Positions 55,901-64,000 of a DNA stretch of 64,000 bases are shown piece by piece; the stretch's first letter is position 1; every line of letters starts with the position of its first letter. A program made the translations under genes and the position numbers. The notes under the pieces are model-generated. The model was given only the letters and a program-made list of their open reading frames with translations. It did not search any database and was not told where the DNA came from. Origin of the DNA: a bacterium (GTDB lineage Bacteria > Bacillota > Clostridia > Oscillospirales > Oscillospiraceae); assembly GCA_963595735.1 (NCBI GenBank), contig CAVBJJ010000006.1:14694-78693 (forward strand), written 5' to 3'.

Positions 55901-56515
55901 CGCCGCGCGGTTCGCGCAGCTGATAATGCTGCCGCTGTTGTCTCCGGCGATGCCGCCGGTATAGCGGGTGCCGGTGATGGTTCCGGCAGCGCTGCAGGCC
56001 AGAATTTCGCCGGTGGCCTCGTTGGAGGCGGCGACACCGCCCACATAATCCTCACCGTTTACCACACCGCTGAAGTTGCAGTTTTTAATTGTACCGCCGT
56101 TTTTCCCGGCAATACCGCCTACATACGCCTTGTCCCCACTGGGCTGAACGCGACCTTCCACGGTCAGTTCTTCAATCACCGCGCCGGGCTGAACATAGGA
56201 AAACAATCCCACAGTGGAATCCTTTCCCGCGATCACCAGGCCGGAAATGGTGTGTCCCTTTCCGGAAAAGGTGCCGCCAAAGGTGGGAATGGACAGTGTC
56301 TGTCCGCCCAGGTCAATGTCCTCCTGCAGGATGACATGCACCTTTTGGGAATAGGTATCCAGCCGGCATTTTTCCGCCAGCTTGAACAGATCGTCCGCAT
56401 CCTCGATATAGGTGGTGATATCCACCCCCAGGGCGGAAACCGGGGCAAGCAGCCCCAGGCAGAGCACCGCTGCCAGCGCCAGAGAAAAAAGGCGGAAGAA
56501 TTTTTTCTGTTGCAT
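52904..56515 (-). CDS. Large surface protein with GLUG-type repeats, a central helical region, a C-terminal TM anchor and a K/E-rich tail
   Basis: 1203 aa. Signal peptide (..LLAPVSALG). Repeats of type YVGGIAG.N.G.I..C in two blocks. An approximately 370-aa D/S/L/A-rich helical segment. TM segment VVIVLIAVLALLVVLILL. Tail KKPGKKKAKRRAERVKEVEK... ATG 56515 follows a GGAGGA RBS. Confidence 0.85.
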   Translation of the reverse strand: MQQKKFFRLFSLALAAVLCLGLLAPVSALGVDITTYIEDADDLFKLAEKCRLDTYSQKVHVILQEDIDLGGQTLSIPTFGGTFSGKGHTISGLVIAGKDSTVGLFSYVQPGAVIEELTVEGRVQPSGDKAYVGGIAGKNGGTIKNCNFSGVVNGEDYVGGVAASNEATGEILACSAAGTITGTRYTGGIAGDNSGSIISCANRAAVNTTVSDEEPTEDSITDELYRLPVNKDEVEKIVPISTDTGGICGYSAGILQSCRNYGEVGYSQVGYNVGGIVGRECGYLDSCINEGLVQGRKDVGGIVGQQVPDIHLELGEDTAQRLRDNLKTLQNIIDGMLGDADSSGDTISSRLNQISGYVDQARESAHDMSDRLQEFTDENISTVNNVSALIAKYSDKASPIFDQLEDAAGNAADAGKTLSDAMDTLKHFSSCGTDALDDLSDCMDDLRDSGEYLSKGLKELSNLKSDIHLPNAEIAALTKSLDKMNASAKALSETIATARAEIAAGGAISEETRGELMTNAAAVAKSSGQVLKDTVALLRALDLQTAKKDVEAMFSTLKKAIQQFRKGYDSLDDAMAHFSDFIDDLHVLNGDVDKLSDQLKEASDSLSAAMTTAGSAMGDLEQWSSDLANEDPISFTTLGTEFSDNSQKLNSALSSISDQFSSLNTEVHGASDTLIADFRQANDQFMTVMDIFLDALDEVGTVDADDLFEDISDEYLQSATKGKVSDCENRGQVEGSLDVGGIVGTMAIEYDLDPEDDLVNKDGGLLTTKMTYQTKAILMDCSNYGEINSKKNCAGSVVGRMDLGTVVGCGGYGDAAAEDGDYVGGVCGYSLSTVRDSYAKCKLSGNSYVGGIVGSGNRVTNCRSMVEIPEAESLYGAVAGEVSDVAEGNYFVSDTLAGIDRVSYSGKAEPLAYNRLLRLEGLPAEFSSFRLQFVVEDTGEVLKAVTFNYGESFDESVYPEVKAPDGDYYQWDVKDLTDLRFDTTVTATAKRFVTALSSNQTRKDGRPVFFVEGNFQNTDVLTVANMKADGQAAELGSLEDGKKSKSPGKSLEQWRLSYPKDGQETHMVRYYSQDVEPEALTIRVKEENGRWKTRHAEVMGSYLRFEVTGETAEIAVYAANRSGRVVIVLIAVLALLVVLILLTKKGILHLRAKKLSLPKKPGKKKAKRRAERVKEVEKVEKAEELEQKQTKNANEEKAEKSEK

Positions 56516-56516
56516 T

Positions 56517-58949
56517 TTATTCATCCTCCTCTTCCACGGAACCGGACAGCAGCTTGACATCCACCTTGCCGTCCACCACAGCGTTCATCACGCCGCTGAC
56601 GGTACCGAAGACCTCGCCGTGTACCACGCCGTTGACGCGCATACGACCCAAGCCGGCGTGGCGCTTGATGACCCGCGGCATGGAGAAGGAGGTCTTATCC
56701 ACGATCTTCTCACCAAACAGCAGGATTTGAGGCAGGACGAACATGACCAGACCGATGGACAGAAGCGTACCGCGTCCCAGGTTGTCGCCGATGCCGGCGA
56801 TGGCAGCCTCCGAGGTCATGGAGCCGATGAGCATACCGGCAATGGCCAGAATGGCGCCGGAGGTGATGATCGTTGGAAATGCAAAGTTCATAGTCTCTAC
56901 CATGGCCTGTTTCTTTGACATGGTGTCCTTTAGCTCGGAGAATCGACTGGCGATCACGATCGCGTAGTCGATGTTTGCACCCATCTGGATGGAGCTGACA
57001 ACCAGGTACCCCAGGAAGAACAGGTTGGAATGGGTCAGCGCCGGCACCGTGAAGTTGATCCAGATACTGCCCTGGATCAGCAGGATCAGCAGCAGCGGCA
57101 TACCCACGGACTTGAAGGTGAACAGCAGCACGAACAGCACGATCAGGATCGACACCACAGAAACCACGACATTATCTCTGCTGAAGGACTTCTGGAAGTC
57201 GTATTCCGAGGTGGAGTCGCCGGCCACCAGTACGGTGCCGTCGGGATAATAGGTCTGCGCGGTTTCCCGCAGGGTGTCAATGAAGCTGTAGGTCTCCTCG
57301 CCGCTGACCGGCAGGTTCAGATAGACCAGCAATCGACTGTAGTCCTTCCCCTGCAATTGCAGCTGGGCATTGTGGATCTTTTCATAGGCATCGTCCAGAT
57401 CCTGCCGCTTTTCGTCACTGACGGTGACGATGCCGGAATCCACCTGGTCATGGGTGAACATGAAGATATCCATCAGCGGCAGCTGGTATCCGGGCAGGTC
57501 GTTTATGATTTTTCCGTAATCTTCGTTTTCCGCAGCGTAGGCGGCATATAGCAGCTGCGCCTGTTCATAGCTGACATCCGCCAATTCGGAAAATTGCCGC
57601 GGCGTTAGTTCGTCTGCCAGACAATAGCCGTCCATGGCTTCCGCATTGGCGATACCGGTAGTGGATTTCACTTCCGGCATACTGTCCAGCCGATCCAGCA
57701 GCTCCCTTTCTCGCACAGAATCTCCACCTGGGATAACAATCGCGACATAATTATCCTGTCCGAAGTTATCCCGGATCGTATTCTCCGCAATTTGGGTCGC
57801 GTTCAGCTTTGGTGTTGTCAGCGTGCTGTAGCCGTATACATAGGGACAATGCTGGCTGATGAGCATGGCCACCACCACAACGCCCAGGAAGATGGGCGGA
57901 ATGATGTGCTTGGTCTTAACTGCGGCCTTGCCGACAAAGGAGATCTTCGGCACAAAGTTCCGGTGGGCTGTTTTTTCCATCAGCGGCGCAAACAGCACCA
58001 GCAGACCCGGCATGAGGAAGAACACCGTCAGAAGCGCGAAGATGATGGCCTTGATCAGGCACATACCCATATCGCCGCCCAGCTTGAACTGCATGAACAG
58101 CATGGCAGCCATGCCGCCGATGGTAGTCAGACTGCTGGCGCTGATCTCCGGGATGGCCTTGCTCAAGGCGACAATGGCTGCTTCCCGGACAGGGAATTCT
58201 TTTCGTTCTTCTTTATATCGGTTACAGAGTATGACCGCATAGTCCAAAGACAGCGCCAGCTGTAATACGCTGGTCACGGAGTTTGACACAAAGGATATTG
58301 TACCGAAGAAGAAGTTTGTACCCTGGTTGACCACCATTGCCACCACAAAGGTCAGCAGCAGCACCGGCACCTCCGCATAGGTTTGGGAGGTGAAAATGAG
58401 TACGATGGTCACAACGATGGCCACCATGACCATGATGACCTTGATCTCGGCCTCTATGGTGTCTGCCTTGGCGTTACCCAGGGAGGTATAGACATAGATA
58501 TCATACCCGGCAACGGCTTCCTTGGCCGCCTCCAGAGAATCCAGGCAGCGGGAATCGTCCTCGTCATAGTCAAAGGTGAGTTGGAACATGGCGGATACAT
58601 TATTATAATGATCCTCCGTATCGTCAAACTCCACCTGCTGGACGCCCTTTACCGTTTCCAGCTTCTGGCAGATTTTTTCCGCCTCGGTATAGGTGATGTT
58701 GGCGACCATGAGCTTTGCCGTACCGAAGGTGGTAAACTGGTCGTCCATGATATCCAATGCCTGCTTGGTTTCCGAGGTATCTGGAAGATAAAAGGTCAGG
58801 TCGTTTTCCACCTTGACCCAGTTCCGGGAGACTGCGGAAAATGCCAGCAGGATCACAAAGATCAGGAACAGCAGCTTTCGCTTGTCCACGATCCAGGTTG
58901 CCAGGCGTACCATGGCACTCCCTTTTCCATTGCCGTGTTCGCTTGCCAT
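56517..58949 (-). CDS. MMPL/RND-superfamily membrane transporter
   Basis: 810 aa with two 6-TM blocks (..LQLALSLDYAVILCNRYKEE.. and ..SIQMGANIDYAIVIASRF..) separated by soluble loops. The start could instead be ATG 58913. Confidence 0.85.
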   Translation of the reverse strand: MASEHGNGKGSAMVRLATWIVDKRKLLFLIFVILLAFSAVSRNWVKVENDLTFYLPDTSETKQALDIMDDQFTTFGTAKLMVANITYTEAEKICQKLETVKGVQQVEFDDTEDHYNNVSAMFQLTFDYDEDDSRCLDSLEAAKEAVAGYDIYVYTSLGNAKADTIEAEIKVIMVMVAIVVTIVLIFTSQTYAEVPVLLLTFVVAMVVNQGTNFFFGTISFVSNSVTSVLQLALSLDYAVILCNRYKEERKEFPVREAAIVALSKAIPEISASSLTTIGGMAAMLFMQFKLGGDMGMCLIKAIIFALLTVFFLMPGLLVLFAPLMEKTAHRNFVPKISFVGKAAVKTKHIIPPIFLGVVVVAMLISQHCPYVYGYSTLTTPKLNATQIAENTIRDNFGQDNYVAIVIPGGDSVRERELLDRLDSMPEVKSTTGIANAEAMDGYCLADELTPRQFSELADVSYEQAQLLYAAYAAENEDYGKIINDLPGYQLPLMDIFMFTHDQVDSGIVTVSDEKRQDLDDAYEKIHNAQLQLQGKDYSRLLVYLNLPVSGEETYSFIDTLRETAQTYYPDGTVLVAGDSTSEYDFQKSFSRDNVVVSVVSILIVLFVLLFTFKSVGMPLLLILLIQGSIWINFTVPALTHSNLFFLGYLVVSSIQMGANIDYAIVIASRFSELKDTMSKKQAMVETMNFAFPTIITSGAILAIAGMLIGSMTSEAAIAGIGDNLGRGTLLSIGLVMFVLPQILLFGEKIVDKTSFSMPRVIKRHAGLGRMRVNGVVHGEVFGTVSGVMNAVVDGKVDVKLLSGSVEEEDE

Positions 58950-59230
58950 GCTTGGGATTCACGCTCCTTTTTTGCGTTGGTTCAAAACTGAAAAAACAGG
59001 TCATTTGTCGGGCATTTGCCCTTTATGACACAATATTATACTTCATTTCTTCCAAAATGGAAATGGTCAATTTTCTACAATTTGGGTAGAAAGTAGACCG
59101 CTGTTTTGCTTTTCTTTCTGGACTTTTCCCGCTTTTTGTGTATAATAAATATGTTTCTATTATGATCTTTTGTGATTCTTATAAAACTGCGGTTTTCAGT
59201 TCCGCCCCCGGAAGAGAGGACAGCCCCATT

Positions 59231-59878
59231 ATGAAGCACACATTCTCCACCTATCAGACCAAGCGCGCCATGGCGGCTTCCCTGAAAGCCATCATGGAAA
59301 AAAAGCCGCTTTCCAAAATCACCATCAGCGAAGTGATCGCCCATTGCGGTGTGAACCGTAAAACATTTTATTATCACTTCGATAACATTTATGCCCTGCT
59401 GCAATGGATGCTGGAGGAGGAGACGACCGAGGTTCTCCGGCACTATGAGCTGCCGGACGATCTGGAGGAGGTCATCTCTTTCGTCCTGGACTATACCGAG
59501 GCAAACAAGCACATCCTCAGCTGCATCTACGACACTATGGGTCGGGAGGAGATGAATCGCTTCTTCCACAGCAGCTTTATCGAGACGATCTCCCGCGCCA
59601 TTGACCGCAGCGCCGAGGCGCTTTCCCTTTCTGTGGACGCGGAGTTCCGCAAGTTCCTGGCCAGCTTTATGGCGGAGGCTATCGCCGGTGTTATCATCGC
59701 CGGCTTCCGCAACGACAGCCATCTGGGACGGGAGGAAACGGTGAAAAACATCTCCCTGATCTGCCGCACGGCGGTTCCCAGCATTCTGCTTGCCAAGGTC
59801 AATGGCATTTCCCGGGAAGGCGTTCCCGCCCTTCCGCAAAAGGAATCGGAAATCCTTTCGGAAGCAACAACCGCATAA
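59231..59878 (+). CDS. TetR/AcrR family transcriptional regulator
   Basis: Contains KITISEVIAHCGVNRKTFYYHFDNIYALLQW (TetR HTH). Divergent from the MMPL gene. Confidence 0.9.
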   Translation: MKHTFSTYQTKRAMAASLKAIMEKKPLSKITISEVIAHCGVNRKTFYYHFDNIYALLQWMLEEETTEVLRHYELPDDLEEVISFVLDYTEANKHILSCIYDTMGREEMNRFFHSSFIETISRAIDRSAEALSLSVDAEFRKFLASFMAEAIAGVIIAGFRNDSHLGREETVKNISLICRTAVPSILLAKVNGISREGVPALPQKESEILSEATTA

Positions 59879-59880
59879 GA

Positions 59881-59920
59881 CAGCACCGGCAGCGGCAAAC
59901 AACTGCTGTCGGTGTTTTTT
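59881..59920 (+). terminator. Terminator after the TetR gene
   Basis: CAGCACCGGCAGC..GCTGTCGGTG followed by T6. Confidence 0.7.
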
Positions 59921-59986
59921 ACTTTTCAAAAGTCCGGCGCTTTTTGCCAGTCTGAGAACCTTTGTATTTTGGGAGGAATACATCCT

Positions 59987-60925
59987 ATGACAAAAAACAG
60001 AAACCTTTGGATCCTTGCCCTCACCGCGCTGATTTGGGGCGTGGCCTTTGTCGCGCAGCGCGCCGGGGGCGACGCCATCGGCCCCTACACCTTTTGCTGC
60101 TTTCGCTCGCTGATCGGCGCAGCCGTGCTGACCCCGGTCATTGCCATGACCGACCGCCGCGGCGCCAACCCCTACCGCCCCACGACCCGGGCGCAGCGCA
60201 AGCACCTGATCATCGCCGGCACTTGCTGCGGCCTGTGCCTGGGCTTTGCCACAATTTTGCAGCAGCTGGGTATCTTCCTGGGTACCACCGCAAGCAAGGC
60301 CGGTTTTCTGACCTCCTGCTATATCATTCTGGTGCCTCTGGTCGGCATTTTCTTCAAGCGCCGCTGCGGCGTGAATGTGTGGCTCGCGGTCGTCATCGCA
60401 GTAGTGGGACTGTATCTGCTGTGCATGAAAAGCGGCAGCCTGCATATGCAAAGCTCCGACATTCTGGTGCTGCTGTGCTCCCTGCTGTTCTGCCTGCACA
60501 TTCTGGTCATCGACCACTTTGCCAACCATGTGGATGTGGTACGGATGTCCCGCATTCAGTTCCTGGTCGCCGCCGTGGTCGCCTTTGTACCCATGTGCTT
60601 TGCGGAGCTGCGGGGCAACGGTCAGAACTGGCTGGCGGCATTCCGCAGTCTGGACGCCTGGATCCCCCTGCTCTATACCGGCATTCTGTCCAGCGGCGTG
60701 GCCTACACGCTCCAGACCATCGGACAAAGGGGCGTCAACCCCACCAGCGCCTCTCTGGTGCTGAGCTTGGAGTCCGTTTTTTCCGCTCTGGCCGGTTGGT
60801 TGATCCTGAAAGAAAGCCTCAGCCCGCGGGAGATCCTGGGCTGCGTGGTCGTCTTTATCGCCATCATTCTGGCGCAACTGCCTGAAAAACGCCCGGCCAA
60901 GCGGGTCAAGTCCGAATTGTCCTGA
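59987..60925 (+). CDS. DMT superfamily (EamA-type) transporter
   Basis: 312 aa, 10 TM segments, two EamA halves (..LIWGVAFVAQR.. and ..SSGVAYTLQTIGQRGVNPT..). RBS GGGAGGA. Confidence 0.9.
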   Translation: MTKNRNLWILALTALIWGVAFVAQRAGGDAIGPYTFCCFRSLIGAAVLTPVIAMTDRRGANPYRPTTRAQRKHLIIAGTCCGLCLGFATILQQLGIFLGTTASKAGFLTSCYIILVPLVGIFFKRRCGVNVWLAVVIAVVGLYLLCMKSGSLHMQSSDILVLLCSLLFCLHILVIDHFANHVDVVRMSRIQFLVAAVVAFVPMCFAELRGNGQNWLAAFRSLDAWIPLLYTGILSSGVAYTLQTIGQRGVNPTSASLVLSLESVFSALAGWLILKESLSPREILGCVVVFIAIILAQLPEKRPAKRVKSELS

Positions 60926-60930
60926 AAAAA

Positions 60931-60974
60931 GGCTGTCAAAAAAAACAGACAGCCTTGGCTCTCCCTTTGGGAGA
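60931..60974 (+). repeat. Short copy C of the intergenic repeat family
   Basis: GGCTGTCaaaaaaaacaGACAGCC followed by the exact 22-mer CCTTGGCTCTCCCTTTGGGAGA. Lies between the DMT stop and its terminator. Confidence 0.75.
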
Positions 60975-60983
60975 AACAAGCCG

Positions 60984-61028
60984 AAAAAAGCGCCTGCCGC
61001 GTGCTGCGGCAGGCGCTTTTCGCTTTTT
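60984..61028. terminator. Bidirectional terminator
   Basis: GCGCCTGCCGC-gtgct-GCGGCAGGCGC flanked by A6 and a T-run. Confidence 0.85.
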
Positions 61029-61066
61029 GGTATTTGGTACTATAATATGGGAATTGGACAGGAAGC

Positions 61067-61822
61067 TTAATCCCAGGGATCCTGTTTTTTGCGTTCCTGC
61101 TGCTTTTGGGCAGATGCGCGGGGATAGGCCTCCGTCGGGTCGATGCCAACCAGCCACTGATAATAGTGGGCATAGGTGGTTTCCATATAGGGCATCGTCC
61201 ACAGGCTGACAAAGGGGATGCAGGACAGGATCGCCCAGCCCAGGAAGCTGAGATCCAACACGAACAGCTCGCCCTTGTGGCCGTGCATCAGGCGCTTGCT
61301 CTCCCGCAGGCAGTCCATCACGCCCATCTGGGGATTATCCAGCATCAGATACACCGCCATGCGGTAGCGATAGCTGGCGATGATGCCGGGGAAGATCAGC
61401 AGCAGGCTCCACAGAGCGATAAAGATAGAGCTGATGATCGTCAGCGCCAGGTAGCGCAGGAAAAAGCTGAAGCCGTCCAGCAGATTGGCAAAGCCCACCG
61501 CCCGGTGACGGGTGAGCTGCAGACTGTAGATGGTAAAGCCCAGGGTGACCATCAGCAGAACCAGCCAGATGGCAATGCTCAGCAGACTTCCCAGACCGCT
61601 GGGCCCCATGGCCGCATAGCTGGCGGCGGAATAGGATGCTCCGGTAGCGGCACTGGTAAAGGCTGCCGCCATGGCCTCTATCTGTCCATTGATTTTCATG
61701 CTCAGGGTAGTCAGCACGGCGGTAATGATCAGGTATACCAGCGTTACCAGAGCGGGATGCGGTCGCGCATAGCGGATGTCTTCCTTCGCCATGCGCTTGA
61801 GTTCGGCGCGGTTTACATTCAT
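61067..61822 (-). CDS. DUF975 family membrane protein
   Basis: 251 aa, begins MNVNRAELKRMAKEDIR. Has TM segments and ..LDLSFLGWAILSCIPFVSLWTMPYMETTYAHYY. ATG 61822 follows an AAAGGAAA RBS. Confidence 0.75.
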   Translation of the reverse strand: MNVNRAELKRMAKEDIRYARPHPALVTLVYLIITAVLTTLSMKINGQIEAMAAAFTSAATGASYSAASYAAMGPSGLGSLLSIAIWLVLLMVTLGFTIYSLQLTRHRAVGFANLLDGFSFFLRYLALTIISSIFIALWSLLLIFPGIIASYRYRMAVYLMLDNPQMGVMDCLRESKRLMHGHKGELFVLDLSFLGWAILSCIPFVSLWTMPYMETTYAHYYQWLVGIDPTEAYPRASAQKQQERKKQDPWD

Positions 61823-62198
61823 AGCGTATTTCCTTTCCTGCGGCACATTTGCCCCGCCGCAGTTTTTTATTTTTCCCAGTGTACCATATGTGTTATTTTT
61901 TTGCAATGTTCCACAGAAATTTGTTTTTTCCGCCAGACTTTTTTTGCTTGCTATTTGGGAAAACTTGTGCTACTCTTAAGATAAGACAGATTTTCCGCAA
62001 CTGACGGACAAGGTGGACAAACCACCGGGGAGCGGAGAATTCTCATTGACAAGCGCAGCCCAGGCTGTTTTGCTTGCATGCCGACCGTCTGGGCAGTATC
62101 GTCGTTACGAAGAAAACGCGATGCTGTCTTTTTTTATTTCCCTTTTGCATTTGGGGTAAGATAAAAAAGACAGCGCAGCACACATGGGAGGAATCATC

Positions 62199-64000
62199 AT
62201 GAACGCATGGAACACTTTCAAAAGCGGCATCTGGGAACAGGAGATCAATGTCCGGGACTTCATTCAGACAAACTACACACCCTATGGCGGGGACAGCGCT
62301 TTCCTCACCCCGGCAACGGCGCGCACCGCAAAGCTGCGGGAGAAGTTTGACGCGCTGCTCCGGGAGGAGCGGGAAAACGGCGGCGTGCGCAATATCGACA
62401 CCGAGACCGTGATCACCATCACCGCCTTTGCCCCGGGCTATCTGGATCAGAAAAGCGAGATCATCGTCGGTCTTCAGACCGATGAACCCCTCAAGCGTGC
62501 CTGCAACCCTTTCGGCGGAATGCGTATGGTGCGCAGTGCCTGCGAGCAGTACGGCTATCAGGTCTCCGACAAGATCGAGACGGAATTCAAGCACCACAAG
62601 ACCCACAACGACGGCGTGTTCTCCGCCTACACCTCCGATGTGCGCAAGGCGCGCCATGTGGGACTGCTGACCGGTCTGCCGGACGCTTACGGCCGCGGCC
62701 GCATCATCGGCGACTACCGCCGGGTGGCGCTGTACGGCGTGGATCGCCTGATCGAGGAAAAACAGAAGGACAAGCGCGCCCTGAGCGAGGTTCCCACCAC
62801 CGAAACAGAGATCCGCTGCGCGGAGGAGCTGGCCGACCAGATCCAGGCGCTCAAGGACATGATCGCCATGGCCGCTTCCTATGGCTTTGACATCTCCCGT
62901 CCGGCAGAAAACGCCAAGGAGGCCGTCCAGTGGCTGTACTTTGGCTATCTGGCCGGCATCAAGGAGCAGAACGGCGCTGCCATGAGCCTGGGCCGCACCT
63001 CCACCTTCCTGGACATCTACTTTGAGCGCGATATCCAAGCCGGTCTGCTGACCGAGTCCGAGGCGCAGGAGATCATGGACGACTTTGTGCTGCATCTGCG
63101 CATGGCGCGGCATCTGCGCACGCCGGAATACAACGAGCTGTTTGGCGGCGACCCCATGTGGATCACCGAGTCCGTCGGCGGCGTTGGCGAGGACGGCCGT
63201 CACATGGTCACCAAAAACAGCTATCGTATGCTCAACACCCTGTATAACCTCAACGCCGCTGCCGAGCCGAACCTGACCGTTTTGTGGAGCGAGAATCTGC
63301 CGGAGAACTGGAAGCGCTTTGTCGCCAAGGTCTCCATCGACACGGACGCCATCCAGTACGAAAACGACGATGTGATGCGCAGCTATTACGGCGATGATTA
63401 CGCCATTGCCTGCTGCGTTTCCGCCATGCGGGTGGGCAAGGATATGCAGTTCTTCGGCGCCCGGGCCAACATCGCCAAGCTGATGATGATGGCCATCAAT
63501 GGCGGCCGCGACGAGAACAAGTTCGAGCAGGTCGGCCCGGAAATGCCCGTCATGGAGGGCGATGTGCTGGATTATGACGAGGTGCTGCGCCGCATGGACT
63601 TCTACCGCCCCTGGCTGGCAAAGACCTATGTCTCCGCCATGAACACCATTCATTATATGCACGACAAATATGCCTATGAGAAAAGCCAGATGGCGCTCCA
63701 TGATACCCAGGTTCGCCGCCTGATGGCCTTTGGCATTGCGGGTATGAGCTGCATGGCAGATTCCCTTTCCGCCATCAAATACGCCAAGGTAAAGCCCATC
63801 CGCAACCCGGAAAACGGCATTATCGTGGACTTCGAGATCGAGGGCGATTTCCCCAAGTTCGGCAACGATGACGACCGGGTGGATCAGATCGCCTGCGAGC
63901 AGGTGGAGAAGTTCTACCACGCGCTGACCCAGTTCCCGCTGTACCGTGGCGCGATCCACACGCTGTCTATTCTGACCATTACCTCTAATGTTATGTATGG
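62199..64000 (+). CDS. pflB: Formate C-acetyltransferase (pyruvate formate-lyase), 5' part; continues beyond the window
   Basis: My own translation: [63 protein letters not shown].. RBS GGGAGGA. It is absent from the ORF track because no stop codon occurs before the window ends. Confidence 0.9.
   Translation, partial: MNAWNTFKSGIWEQEINVRDFIQTNYTPYGGDSAFLTPATARTAKLREKFDALLREERENGGVRNIDTETVITITAFAPGYLDQKSEIIVGLQTDEPLKRACNPFGGMRMVRSACEQYGYQVSDKIETEFKHHKTHNDGVFSAYTSDVRKARHVGLLTGLPDAYGRGRIIGDYRRVALYGVDRLIEEKQKDKRALSEVPTTETEIRCAEELADQIQALKDMIAMAASYGFDISRPAENAKEAVQWLYFGYLAGIKEQNGAAMSLGRTSTFLDIYFERDIQAGLLTESEAQEIMDDFVLHLRMARHLRTPEYNELFGGDPMWITESVGGVGEDGRHMVTKNSYRMLNTLYNLNAAAEPNLTVLWSENLPENWKRFVAKVSIDTDAIQYENDDVMRSYYGDDYAIACCVSAMRVGKDMQFFGARANIAKLMMMAINGGRDENKFEQVGPEMPVMEGDVLDYDEVLRRMDFYRPWLAKTYVSAMNTIHYMHDKYAYEKSQMALHDTQVRRLMAFGIAGMSCMADSLSAIKYAKVKPIRNPENGIIVDFEIEGDFPKFGNDDDRVDQIACEQVEKFYHALTQFPLYRGAIHTLSILTITSNVMY

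Noticed and set aside
59075-60979. 634-aa minus-strand ORF over the TetR and DMT genes
   Set aside because: It is antisense and spans two independently supported plus-strand genes and their terminator.
62043-63959. 638-aa minus-strand ORF at the right end of the window
   Set aside because: It is antisense to pyruvate formate-lyase. That gene is missing from the ORF track only because it has no stop inside the window.

Overview
High-GC chromosomal segment (about 60-68% G+C in lines I counted by hand) from a spore-forming Firmicute. Gene content suggests Clostridia, Oscillospiraceae-like, but the taxon is inference. I can support about 60 protein genes, 2 tRNAs, 2 T-box leaders, 1 IS3-family element, a family of structured intergenic repeats, and many intrinsic terminators and sigma-70-type promoters. 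The backbone, in order: yedE-tusA-DUF3343 Se/S cluster, amtB, ispA-xseB-xseA-nusB-asp23, complete spoIIIAA-AH operon, AlaX-like editing protein, aroK, spoIIAA-spoIIAB-sigF, nnr-ydcC-like-alr-mazF, T-box-pheST, ireB, tRNA-Gln, MBL lipoprotein, ECF sigma/anti-sigma, apbE, a 1520-aa SLH-anchored surface protein, a DtxR-family regulator, ridA, T-box-tyrS, leuABCD, yfcE, tRNA-Pro, a Bce-type RR/HK/ABC module, cysK plus sulfite reductase, TetR plus MMPL transporter plus a 1203-aa GLUG-repeat protein, DMT, DUF975 and pflB (partial). The accessory part is an AT-rich islet (about 40.8-44.7 kb) next to tRNA-Pro. It carries an IS3 element, a small wHTH-TM protein, a DinD/Bro-N-like protein, and a two-gene cassette that is my best candidate for an uncharacterised toxin-immunity-like system. 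That cassette is a MuF-type Cys/His knuckle fused to a DUF6883-like domain, followed by a DUF4926-like gene that needs a -1 frameshift at an in-phase A_AAA_AAG. Other notable points: about 210-370 bp structured repeats in inverted orientation bracket the yfcE-to-islet segment. An intact mazF has no room for a mazE. The MMPL and GLUG-protein genes are translationally coupled. The tRNA-Gln and S-layer-type promoters share a 25-nt module. All domain and family names come from reading the translations and from memory; no searches were run.
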